Origin: the human T2T-CHM13v2.0 reference genome, Homo sapiens
Length of the DNA: 64,000 nt
Reading direction: 5' to 3' (one strand)
NCBI RefSeq assembly: GCF_009914755.1
Contig: NC_060945.1
In this document: positions 35,440 through 48,425 of the stretch, one piece after another
Numbering within the stretch: position 1 is the stretch's first letter
How the letters are laid out: the number at the start of each line of letters is the position of its first letter
Notes under the pieces: model-generated
What the model saw: only the letters and a program-made list of their open reading frames with translations
Database searches by the model: none
Told to the model about the DNA's origin: nothing
Made by a program: the position numbers and the translations under genes

Positions 35440-38099
35440 CGGGAAATGCTTTTTATTCACATTTTAGTACCATAAGATTGACTAATTAGAAATAGGGAAG
35501 CTGTTTGGTATTAGTCCTACTTTTGGGAACATATGGTCTAAAGTAATATTGGACAAATGGATATTTTAATTGATCACAAATGAGAAAGTAGTTAGAAAAC
35601 TTCTAGTTTAAACAGGTTATATACCCAGAAGTATTGCAAATATTGGAGACAGAAAAATTATTGTAGCTTGCATTTAGACTCAAAATTGATATTCCCTCCA
35701 CATCATGCCCTCACAGAACTCAGAGGAGTATGATCTGCCAGATCGACTCCCTTTGTGTAACTGATGCAGAAATGAGACTCAAAAGGGTTAAGTAGTTTTC
35801 CCAAGATGTCATAGCGAGAGTCAAACTGGGGGCTTAGAAATGACTCTGACTCATAACTTTTAATCAACTGTTTTGACATTTTAACCTATCTAATTGTGTA
35901 GGAGGTAATTATATTGTCAGACTTTGGAATGATGTTGTTTCCAGTAAAGTTTTGTTTTAATTATAAATAGGAATTTTCCAGCAATAAAAAATTTCCACCT
36001 TAAAAGATTCTCAGACTTTAGTACATCTTTCTCCAAACACAAGGTGGCGATGGTCTACAACAAATGATGTGCGACTTGGTGTTTTTTTTTTTTTTTTGTT
36101 CTTTCCTTTCCTTTTTTATTCTTAATAGTTCAAGTTAAGAATTTGCAAAAGTTTCACATCTTCTCAATCATGTTTAATAAATTCTAATTAAATATTCTCC
36201 TACCTCCTAGTATTATGGAAAATATTTTAAAAATATTACAATGTTAAATGAATTTATTCTTGAGGGCATAATAAAATGCGTTTTTAAATCAACTACTTTT
36301 TAATTATGTGTTTGTATTACCATAAACAAAAATCCAATTAAACTTTAAAGAAAGAAAACTGCCTCTGACAAAATAATACTGTGGACCGCTTTTATTCATT
36401 ACATTTGAGAACTTCTTGTCATTCAAATGAAAAGATTAAGTACATTTGCAATCCACTAAAACAGATTAAAAACTCATTCATTTATTCAATAGATATTAAG
36501 TACATACAGTATGTTTAGTATACATTAATACTTGACAATCAATACTGGTTAACTGGTTTCCCTGGTTTAGAAATTTTCCTTAGCAACAACGTAAGGCTTA
36601 AAATGAAAAAAGAAAAGTGAGAAAATGTTCTACCACCAGGTGGTGACAAAAGATAAAATTTAAAATCGCTCTTAATGAGCACATACTTCATGTAATTCTT
36701 GAATACTGCAAATATAAGTGACTTCCGAATGTCATGTGAATTTAAAATCATATTCTAGGAATATTTTATTAATTAAAGCAAATTAATATTAACATATTAT
36801 CTCTAGTTTAATAAGTGCTGGAATTGGAAGTGGACAGTTTTAGTCAGCAGGCGGCACTTGAGACCATGGAATAAGATATTTTAAACTATTTCACTACTGC
36901 TTTTTTTCCCCACCCGGCTTATAATTATTGATTGGCTGATTGAGATAGGAGCTGGTCACCTCCCTACACTTCCACTAGCAGGGATTTAATCAGAGGCTGA
37001 AAATCAATTGTCCTTTGAAAGTGATTTTTGCTAAAGATCAAGAGCAATATTTGGTTATATCTCAGCCTCTATCCTACAATATTTATCATTTTATAATGCT
37101 CTTTTGTGTAAGATACAATAAATCTTATTAATAACCAAAAACTGAATTATGAATTATTGCAATTCATTGGCCATCTACTTGGGCAATTACAACGGTTAGT
37201 AGCTCAGAAGCACTGATATTTGAGCACTGTATCTTCAGATTCCGAGGCCTGGGTTAGGATGCTTGCTGCTGGAAACACTGGCTGGAAAGCTTTCTTGTTC
37301 CATGTGGCTCTCAGGTCACCCTGAGAACTGGACACACTCGTAATTGGTTGATGGTAGGCTTGTATATTCATGAAATGTTGATTGGAAAGGCCTAGACAAT
37401 CTCTCTAAATACATAATTGGACAAGATTGTTGAAAGGATTAGAGTTGGACACTATTCTAAAGTGGCACAATGTCTAAGCATAGAGGCTGGGGGTCTTCCT
37501 GTTCCCTGCACTTAATACCCTGGGAGCTAGTGGTGGAGAGCCACGTAATCCACATTTGAATTCTGGCATTCTGACTGCTGCATCCTTACTTTGTGGCTTC
37601 AGGGAAGCCATGGATCATCCCTGAGCCTCAGCCTCCTCATATGTAAAATGGAGATGACAACAATCCTGACTTGAAGGATAATGCACCATTGTATTTGCTT
37701 CCTCCTCTGTCTCTTCCTTCCTAGTTACCCCCTCCTGTTTCCTAAACTTACTTGCCCTTGCCTCCCCACCTCTACAGGGACTGCATGCACACAAGCCCTT
37801 TTCTCAGGTTGTGCTTTCTGGGCTAAACTGAGTTGAAAACAAAGAGCATCAGGAGATCTTCTAGATGGGACTGCTCACTGATCAGAGGGCAGTAGAACCC
37901 GTTTGCTGGTGGTGAATGGAATGGGACCGCCCCCGGCATGCAGTGTCAGTGCAATGACAAAGAGTCTCTGTGTGGGATGAGGTGGTAGTATGGGGTGAGA
38001 AGCAGGTTTATGCAGCAGCAGCGGCACTTAGACAGTATGAGGAAAATAACAATTGAAAGGAACATGTCATTGGATGGGTTTTTGATAGTTGCTTCAGAG

Positions 38100-38307
38100 C
38101 AGGGGCTGGCAAGCTATGACCTTCAGGCTGACCATCTGTTCTTGTAAATAAAGTTTTACTGGAACAAAGTCACAATCATTTGCTTATGTATTTTTCATGG
38201 TTGCTTTCACAATACAAAGCAGAGTTGAATAATTGCAAAAGAGAGCAATGTCCACCAGTCCAAAATATTTGTTATCTGGCCCCTTCAAAAAAGTTTACCA
38301 GTGCCTG
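38100..38307. mobile_element. MER58-like MITE
   Basis: CAGGGGCTGGCAAGCT ... AGTTTACCAGTGCCTG; internal TTGTAAATAAAGTTTTACTGGAAC. Confidence 0.7.
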
Positions 38308-38752
38308 TTTTGAAGGTTATTTTGGAAATACAGAGATTATATACAGAGATTACATCGTTTTCTAACTTAATTTGAAGACATGCCATAAAAGTCACTTTTA
38401 TCTCCTGCAATCAGAGAGCAGACGATGCTGAAAATCTAAAAATGTATAATCTTATAGTTGTTTTATATTAAAGTTAGGGTCCTAATAGAAAAACTATGGG
38501 ATTCTGATACATAAAATGCAGACATTTGGATGGATGAGCCCCAGATTCTCCTAGACCCTGCAGAGGCAGATGTCACCCCCTTGCTAGAAGAGAACACCCT
38601 TTTTTGGCCTACAGACTGTAAAGTTCTCAGCAGAGGCAGGTGCCTCAGAAGGATACTTGTCCTGCTCATCTTCTGCCCCATTTCCCCCTCATTCCTAGCC
38701 TCTTAAAGTCTAAAATTTCTTCGGGAACTTTTGTTAAGAAACACTGACCATA

Positions 38753-39231
38753 TGTATTAGTCAAGATTCTTCAGAGAGATAGAACATATGTATTTAATGA
38801 GATTATGAGGAATTGGCTCAGACGATTATAAGGCTGAGAAGTCCCAAGACCTCCTGTCACCATGCTGGAGACTCAGGAAAGTCAGTGGTTTGATTTTAGT
38901 TCAAGTCTGCAGGTCTGAGAGCCAGGGGAGTCGATGGTATAAATCCCAGTCCAAGGACAGAAGAAGACTGATGTCCCAGCTCAAGCAGGCAGGAAGACAA
39001 AGGAGGGGAAATTCTGAAATTCCTCCTTCCTCTGTCCCTTTTGTTCCATTCAGAGCTTCAGTGGATTGGATCATGCCCACCCACATTGGGGAGAGCAGTC
39101 TACTCTACTGGAGTCCACTGATTCAAATGTTAATCGCATCTGGCGACATGCTTACAGACACACCCAGAAATAGTGTTTAATCTAGGCACCCCTTGGCCTG
39201 GTTAAGTTGACACATAAAATTAACCATCACA
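38753..39231 (-). mobile_element. MLT2 solo LTR
   Basis: TGTATTAGTC...AAGTTGACACATAAAATTAACCATCACA. Confidence 0.82.
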
Positions 39232-40856
39232 CCATCTGAATTATATTTCATAAATATTTTCCAAATTTATAAAATGGAAGCAATAGTGTATGTATCTAAT
39301 ATTGAAAGCAATATATGTTGTAAATATAACATATAGCATATTGGAAGACCTCTCTCTCTCTCCATAGTAAAAATTCTGGGAATCTGGAGGGGTGATAGCC
39401 AAACCAAAACCAGGCCCAACTTCACTATGAAGCTTGGTGGTGGTTGTCCATTCAGGTTTAATATCAATCTGATATTGATTCTAGTCAGGTATCTGGCTGA
39501 GATTTCCAGGATAGCAACAATGATTCCAGGAATCTTTCAATTGTCTGTCTGATCTAGAGAGATTTGGTTTGAGGAATGCTCATTGTGTGTGTAGTAGGTG
39601 GAGATCTCACACTTCAGGTCCCATGTCCTGGCTTCCAGAGCAGCGGCTGCCTGCTGTTTCCTGCCAGACTGATTCTACCCTTTATGTCGCTCCTAACTTA
39701 AGAACTCCAGTCCACTCAAGAGAGCCAGCTGGCAGGGGAAGGGAACTAATTGCCAATGACTTTATAATTGAATGTATATTTTTCTACAGTTTTGCTGTGA
39801 CAATAATAATAATGCCTGATATTTGTTGAGTGCCTACTATATACCATGCCTACTTTATATACATAAGCTAATTAATGCTCACATGTAGATTTATTGCTAT
39901 TAATATCCCTATATCATTGATGAAGTTACTGAGGCAGAAGTTTGGCTAGCTCACACAGATAATAATTGATGGAGTCAGGTAATCTGTTCTTTTAAACTTT
40001 AACACAATGTACTGTATATACACCTGTATTTAAAACATTGTAAGGGTGATGTGGTGTAGAGAAGAAAGAGGACTAGGTTGAGAATCAAAGTATCCAATTC
40101 CAGGTTGCAGCCATTAGCTCAATGGCCTCAGTTACCAACTCTCTGGGTCTCAGTTTCTAAATCTAGAATGGATTGAACAGCTCCAACTTGAATATTCCAT
40201 AAGTCTCAGTGTCAATTCGGTACTTTGAGTGATGATAGATGTACAGATTGATGTACCTTTGTTTTAATGGCATATCTTTGTTTCATAAGTGATTTATTAT
40301 ATCATCAACCATGGTGAGGAAATTATTCCTCAATTAAACTTTGCCTCAATTAGAACATTGTTCATATTGGAATATAAGACACACTTGTTTCTATTTCCAG
40401 AAACCCACTGTAGATAATGGCATTATTGTCACCAGTGTCTGGAAACAATGAATTAAAATTCTAAATAAGGCTATTCTGTTTTAGGTAATTTTGCCCATAA
40501 ATAAACTGAGAAATATGATGGTATACAACAGGGTTTAGTGAGGATTTAGTGACACATTTTGCAGATTCTGTAACTTTAAAAATCATACACAGTCATGTGC
40601 CACAAAACAATGTTTCAGTAAGTGTTGGACTGCATATATGACAGTGGTCTTATAAAAATATAGCACTGCCTTTTTACTGTACCTTTTCTATGTTTAGATA
40701 TACAAATACCATTGTGTACATTTGTGTACAGCATTCGGTACAGTAACACATTGTACAGGTTTGTAGCCTAGAAGCAATAGGGTATATCATACAGCCAAAG
40801 TATGGAGTAGGCTTTACCATCTAGATTTGTGTAAATACACTCTATGGTGTTCATAC

Positions 40857-41605
40857 TGAGAGACAGGACTAGCTGGATTTCCTAGGCCGACTAAGAATCC
40901 CTAAGCCTAGCTGGGAAGGTGACCGCTTCCACCTTTAAACACGGGGCTTGCAACTTAGCTCACACCCGACCAATCAGATAGTAAAGAGAGCACACTAAAA
41001 TGCTAATTAGGCAAAAACAGGAGGTAAAGAAATAGCCAATCATCTATTGCCTGAGAGCAAAGCGGGAGGGACAATGATCGGGATAGAAACCCAGGCATTC
41101 AAGCCGGAATGGCTACCCTCTTTGGGTCCCCTCCCTTTGTATGGGAGCTCTGTTTTCACTCTATTCAATCTTGCAACTGCACTCTTCTGGTCCGTGTTTG
41201 TTACAGCTTGAGCTGAGCTTTCGCTCGCCTTCCACCACTGCTGTTTGCCACCATCGCAGACCTGCCGTGCTGACTTCCATCCCTCTAGATCTGGCAGGGT
41301 GTCCGCTGTGCTCTTGATCCAGCGAGGCGCCCATTGCCGCTCCCGATTGGGCTAAAGGCTTGCAATTGTTCCTGCACGCTAAGTGCCTGGGTTCATCCTC
41401 ATCAAGCTGGGTTCCACGGTTCTCTTCATGACCCGCAGCTTCTAACAGAGCTATAAAACTCTGTGCATGGCCCAAGATTCCATTCCTTGGAATCTGTGAG
41501 GCCAAGAACCCCAGGTCAGAGAACAGGAGGCTTGCCACCATCTTGGAAGTGGCTCGCCACCATCTTAGGAGCTCTGTGAGCGGAGACCCCCACCCCCCGG
41601 TAACA
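40857..41605 (+). repeat. HERV-W 5' LTR (LTR17)
   Basis: TG...CA termini, followed by PBS at 41609. Confidence 0.95.
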
Positions 41606-41608
41606 TTT

Positions 41609-41626
41609 TGGCGACCACGAAGGGAC
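41609..41626 (+). other. Primer binding site TGGCGACCACGAAGGGAC (tRNA-Arg type)
   Basis: 18 nt beginning TGG, 3 nt after the LTR end. Confidence 0.8.
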
Positions 41627-42298
41627 CTCCAAAGCGGTGAGTAATATTGGATTACTTTCGCTTGCTATTCTGTCCTATCCTTCTTTAGAATTGGAGGAAA
41701 ATACTGGGCACCTGTCGGCCAGTTAAAAACAATTAGCGTGGCTGCCCGACTTAAGACTCAGGTGTGAGGCTATCTGGGGAAGGGCTTTCTAACAACCCCC
41801 AACCCTTCTGGGTTGGGGACGTTGGTCTGCCCCTTCCACTTTCAATTTTCTTGGGGAAGCCAAGGGTCGACTAGAGGCAGAAAGCTGTCGTCCGGAACTC
41901 CTGGCAGTAGCCGGTTGAGATCATGGCGCAGCCAGAAGTCTCTACTCAACAGTCGCCCATGCGTGCGCTCCTACCTTTCCTCCTGACCCATACCTCCTGG
42001 GTCCCAACGATGACTTTCTTGAAAGTGTAGCCCCAAAATTCTGCTTACCTCTGAATCTACTTCCCCTGATCCCTGGCTCCTAGGTACTAATGGTTCAGTT
42101 TCATTTCCTCTAGCAAGTTGTATCTCCAAAGGGATCTAAGGAAGCTCTACGCTGCGTCCTTAGGCATCTAGGCTATAAACCCAGGAAGTCTTGTCCCTGG
42201 TGTCCCTCCCGATTTAGGCATACAGCTCTCGACATGGGCAGTTATGTGGGACCCGTTCCCCATCACCCTTGTCAAGGCCCCAAGTTTGTAATGGCTAA

Positions 42299-42495
42299 GA
42301 GGAGAGAGAGAGAAAGAGAGAGAGACGGAGGGGAGAGAGAGAGAGAGAGATGGAGGGGAGAGAGAGAGAGAGAGACGGAGGGGAGAGAGAGAGAGAGAGA
42401 GAGACGGAGGGGAGAGAGAGAGAGACGGAGGGGAGAGAGAGAGAGATGGAGGAGAGAAAGACAAAGAGGGAGTCAAAGAGAAAAAGAAAGAGAAA
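42299..42495 (+). repeat. AG-rich tandem repeat [GGAGGG(GA)n] in the HERV-W pre-gag leader
   Basis: About 6 units read directly; near-pure polypurine. Confidence 0.9.
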
Positions 42496-43791
42496 GACAG
42501 AAATGGTAAAACAAACAAAAAACAGCGTGCCCTATTCCTTTAAAAGCCGGGGTAAATTTAAAACCTATAATTGATAATTGAAGGTCTTCTCCATGACCCT
42601 ATAATACTCCAATACTACCTTGTTGTCAGTGTAAACAAGGGCGTAGCCTGAAAACACTGAGACCACTGACAACCCGCAGCTTTCCTATCAAAAAATCCTT
42701 AACCCAGTAACCGGCAGATGCATTCAATCTGTAGCAGCAACTGTTTTGCTAACAGAAGAAAGTAGAAAAGTAACTTTTAGAGGAAACCTCATTGTGAGCA
42801 CACCTTACCAGTTCAGAATTATTCTAAGTCAAAAAAGCAAAAAGGTAGCTTACTAACTCAAAAATCTTAAAGTATGGGGCTATTGTGTTTAAAAAAAAAA
42901 AAAGGTAATTTAACACCAACCACTGATAATTCTCTTAACCCAGCAGGTTTCCTAACAGGGGATTTAAATCTTAATTACCATACAAAGGTCTGACCACACC
43001 TAGGAGGAACTCCCTTCAGGACAGGACTATAGAGGGTTCCTCCCAGGTGATTGAGGAAAAAACCACAGTGGGTATTCAGTAATTGATAGGGAGACTCTTG
43101 TGGAAGCAGAGTTAGAAAAATTGCCTAATAAATGGTGTCCTCAAAAGTGTGAGCTGTTTGCACTCAGCCAAGCCTTAAAGTACTTACAGAATCGTAAAAA
43201 CTATCTCAATCCTGACTCAAAAGTTTACTTACACCCTCTCTGAAATGAATTTACATAAGAACTGCTTTTTTGGGAATGCATCTTGATGGGGCAGCTGGGT
43301 GGTTATGAAATACTCAGGAACCCAGCCCAGCTCTAGGACACATCCCTGAGCACAAAGGCAATGTTGGGCACGCTGGTAAAGGACCACTAGAATCCAGCAG
43401 CCTGGACCCCTTTCTTTGTGGTCAAGAAAGGCAGGAAAACAGGTGCAGGACTGCTACATCAGTGAGCATAACTAATCTGATAAGCAGAGGGCCTTGGGTG
43501 GTTACACACCCTGGAAAGGAATTCAACTCTGAGCGCAAAGGCAATGTTGGGCACATTGGTAAAGGACCACTAGAATCCAGCAGCCCAGGCCCCTTTCTTT
43601 ATGGTCAAGAAAGGCGGGAAAAGGGGTGCAGGACTGTTACCTCGGTGAGCGTAACTAATCCGATAAGCAGAGGTCCATGGGTGATTACGCACCCTGAAAA
43701 GAATAAGCATTAGGCCCTTAAAGGATGCTCTAGGACTAATGCTCATTGGAAAATGACTAGGGGTGCTGGCATCCCTATGTTCTTTTCTCAG

Positions 43792-45259
43792 ACGGGAAAT
43801 GTTCTCCACCCTCCCCAAGGTAAAAACACCCCTAAGATGTATTCTGGAGAATTGGGACCAATTTGACCCCCAGACGCTAAGAAAGAGACGACTTATGTTC
43901 TTCTGCAGTACCACCTGGCCACGATATCCTCTTCAAGGGGGAGAAACCTGGCCTCCTGAGGGAAGTATAAATTATAACACCATCTTACAGCTAGACCTCT
44001 TCTGTAGAAAGGAGGGCAAATGGAGTGAAGTGCCATATGTGCAAACTTTCTTTTCATTAAGAGACAACTTGCAATTATGTAAGAAGTGTGATTTATGCCC
44101 TACAGGAAGCCCTCAGAGTCTACCTCCCTACCCCAGCATCCCCCTGACTCCTTCTCCAACTAATAAGGAACCCCCTTCAACCCAAACGGTCCAAAAGGAG
44201 ATAGACAAAGGGGTAAACAATGAACCAAAGCGTGCCAATGTTCCCTGATTATGCCCCCTCTAAGCAGTGGGAGGAGGAGAATTTGGCCCAGCCAGTGTGC
44301 ATGTGCCTTTTTCTCTCTCAGACTTAAAGCAAATTAAAATAGACCTAGGTAAATTCTCAGATAACCCTGATGGCTATATTCATGTTTTATAAGGGTTAGG
44401 ATAATCCTTTGATCTGACATGGAGAGATATAATGTTACTGCTAAGTCACACACTAACCCCAAATGAGACAAGTGCCGCCATAACTGCAGCCTGAGAGTTT
44501 GGCGATCTCTGGTATCTCACTCGGGTCAATGATAGGAGGACAACAGAGGAAAGAGAATGATTCCCCACAGACCAGCAGGCAGTTCCCAGTGTAGACCCTC
44601 ACTGGGACACAGAATCAGAACATGGACATTGGTGCTGCAGACATTTGCTAACTTACATGCTAGAAGGACTAAGGAAAACTAGGAAGAAGCCTACGAATTA
44701 TTCAATGATGTCCACTATAACACAGGGAAAGGAAGAAAATCCTACTGCCTTTCTGGAGCGACTAAGGGAGGCATTGAGGAAGCATACTTCCCTGTCACCT
44801 GACTCTATTGAAGGCCAACTAATCTTAAAGGATAAGTTTATCACTCAGTCAGCTGAAGACATTAGGAAAAAACTTCAAAAGTCTGCCTTAGGCCCAGAGC
44901 AAAACTTAGAAACCCCATTGAACTTGGCAACCTCGGTTTTTTATAATAGAGATCAGGAGGAGCAGGCGGAACAGGACAAACGGGGTAAAAAAAAGGCCAC
45001 CGCTTTAGTTATGGCCCTCAGGCAAGTGGACTTTGGAGGCTCTGGAAAAGGGAAAAGCTGGGCAAATCGAATGCCTACTAGGGCTTGCTTCCAGAGTGGT
45101 CTACAAGGACACTTTGAAAAAGATTGTCCAAGTAGAAATAAGTCGCCCCTTCGTCCATGCCCCTTATATCAAGGGAATCACTGGAAGGCCCACTATCCCA
45201 GGGGACAAATGTCCTCTGAGTCAGAAGCCACTAACCAGATGATCCAGCAGCAGGACTGA
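43792..45259 (+). pseudogene. HERV-W gag remnant
   Basis: KTPLRCILENWDQFDPQ, major homology region QGKEENPTAFLERL, broken CCHC knuckle CFQSGLQGHFEKDC; several internal stops. Confidence 0.92.
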
Positions 45260-47142
45260 GGGTGCCCAGGGCAAGCACTAGCCCATGCCGTCACCCTCAC
45301 AGAGCCCCAGGTATGCTTGACCATTGAGGGCCAGGAGGTTAACTGTCTCCTGGACACTAGCACGGCCTTCTCAGTCTTACTCTCCTTTCCCGGACAACTG
45401 TCCTCCAGATCTGTCACTATCCGAGGGTTCCTAGGACAGTCAGTCACTAGATACTTATCCCAGTCACTAAGTTGTGACTGGGGAACTTTACTCTTTTCAC
45501 ATGCTTTTCTAATTATCCCTGAAAGCACCACTCCCTTGTTAGGGCGAGACATTCTAGCAAAAGCAGGGGCCATTATACACCTGAACATAGGAGAAGGAAC
45601 ACCTGTTTGTTGTCCCCTGCTTGAGGAAGGAATTAATCCCGAAGTCTGGGCAACAGAAGGACAATACGGACGAGCAAAGAATGCCTATGCTGTTCAAGTT
45701 AAACTAAAGGATTCCGCCTCCTTTCCCTACCAAAGGCAGTACCCCCTTAGACCTGAGGCCCAACAAGGACTCCAAAAGATTGTTAAGGACCTAAAAGCCC
45801 ATGGCCTAGTAAAACCATGCAATAGCCCCTGCAATACTCCAATTTTAGGAGTATAGAAACCCAACAGACAGTGGAGGTTAGTGCAAGATCTCAGGATTAT
45901 CATTGAGGCTGTTGTTCCTGTATAGCCAGCTGTACCTAACCTTTATACTCTGCTTTCCCAAATACCAGAGGAAGCAGAGGGGTTTACAGTCCGGGGCCTT
46001 AAGGACACCTTTTTCTGCATCCCTGTATATCCTGACTCTCAATTCTTGTTTGCCTTTGAAGATCCTTCAAACTCAACGTCTCAACTCACCTGGAATGTTT
46101 TACCCCAAGGGTTCAGGGATAGCCCCCATTAGCCCAAGACTTGAGCCAGTTCTTATACCTGGACACTCTTGTCCTTTGGTACGTGGATGATTTACTTTTA
46201 GCCACCTGTTCAGAAACCTTGTGCCATCAAGCCACCCAAGCACTCTTTAATTTCCTCGCCACCTGTGGCTACAGGTTTCCAAACCAAAGGCTCAGCTCTG
46301 CTCACAGCAATTTAAATGCTTAGGGCTAAAATTATCCAAAGGCACCAGGGCCCTCAGTGAGGAAAGTATCCGGCCTATACTGGCTTATCCTCATCCCAAA
46401 ACCCTAAAGCAACTAAGAGTGTTCCTTGGCATAACGGGTTTCTGCCGAATATGGATTCCCAGGTACAGCGAAATAGCCAGACCATTATATACACTAATTA
46501 AGGAAACTCAGAAAGCCAATACCCAGGTAAGATGGACACCTGAAGCAGAAGCAGATTTCCAGGCCCTAAAGAAGGCCCTGACCCAAGCCCCAGTGTTAAG
46601 CTTGCCAATGGGGCAAGACTTTTCTTTATATGTCACAGAAAAAACAGGAATAGCTCCAGGAGTCCTTACGCAGATCCAAGGGACGAGCCTGCAACCCATG
46701 GCATACCTGAGTAAGGAAATTAGTGGCAAAGGGTTGGCCTCATTGTTTATGGGTAGTGGCAGCAGTCGCAGTCTTAGTAACTGAAGCAGTTAAAATGATA
46801 CAAGGAAGAGATCTTACTGTGTGGACATCTCATGATGTGAATGGCATACTCACTGCTAAAGGAGACTTGTGACTGTCAGACAACTGTTTACTTAAATATC
46901 AGGCTCTATTACTTGAAGGGCCAGTGTTGCGACTGTGCACTTGTGCAACTCTTAACCCAGCCACATTGCTTCCAGACAATGAAGAAAAGATAGAACATAA
47001 CTGTCAACAAATAATTGCTCAAACCTACACTGCTCGAGGGGACCTTTTAGAAGTTCCCTTGACTGATCCCGATCTCAACTTGTATACTGATGGAAGTTCC
47101 TTTGCAGAAAAAGGACTTCAAAAGGCGGTGTATGCAGTAGTC
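45260..47142 (+). pseudogene. HERV-W pro-pol remnant (protease, RT, start of RNase H)
   Basis: LLDTS (from DTG), LLGRDIL, LPQGF, YVDD at 46180-46191, YTDGS; stops and frameshifts; no integrase. Confidence 0.92.
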
Positions 47143-47590
47143 CTTCAAAATCGAAGAGCTTTAGAATTGCTAATCACTGAGAGAGGGGGAACGTTTTTAT
47201 TTTTAGGGGAAGAATGCTGTTATTATGTTAATCAATTCGGAATCATCACCAAGAAAGTTAAAGAAATTCAAGATCGAATACAACGTAGAACAGAGGAGCT
47301 TAAAAAACACTGGACCCTGGGGCCTCCTCAGCCAATGGATGCCCTGGATTCTCCCCTTCTTAGGACCTCTAGCAGCTATATTTCTACTCCTCTTTGGACC
47401 CTGTATCTTTAACCTCCGTGTTAAGTTTGTCTCTTCCAGAATCGAAGATGTAAAACTACAAATCGTTCTTCAAATGGACCCCCAGATGCAGTCCATGACT
47501 AAGATCTACTGAGGACCCCTGGACCAGCCTGCTAGCCCATGCTCCAATGTTAATGACATTGAAGGCACCCCTCCCAAGGAAATCTCAACT
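47134..47590 (+). pseudogene. HERV-W env TM remnant
   Basis: LQNRRALELL..ERGGT (ISD), GEECC, WMPWILPFLGPLAAI..FGPCIFN; frameshift in an A-run near 47302; end approximate. Confidence 0.9.
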
Positions 47591-47690
47591 GCACAACCCC
47601 TACTATGCTCCAATTCAGCAGGAAGCAGTTACAGTGGTCCTCGGCCAACCTCCCCAACAGCATTTGTATTTTCCTGTTGGGAGGGGGCAC

Positions 47691-48425
<735 letters not shown>

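Noticed and set aside
43346-43704. ~183-bp tandem duplication in the HERV-W leader
   Set aside because: Real, but I recall the same duplication in other HERV-W copies, so it is a family trait rather than a locus novelty
44645-46784. Gag CA/NC, protease and RT ORF fragments as functional proteins
   Set aside because: Multiple stops and frameshifts, DTG changed to DTS, and a zinc-knuckle Cys changed to Ser
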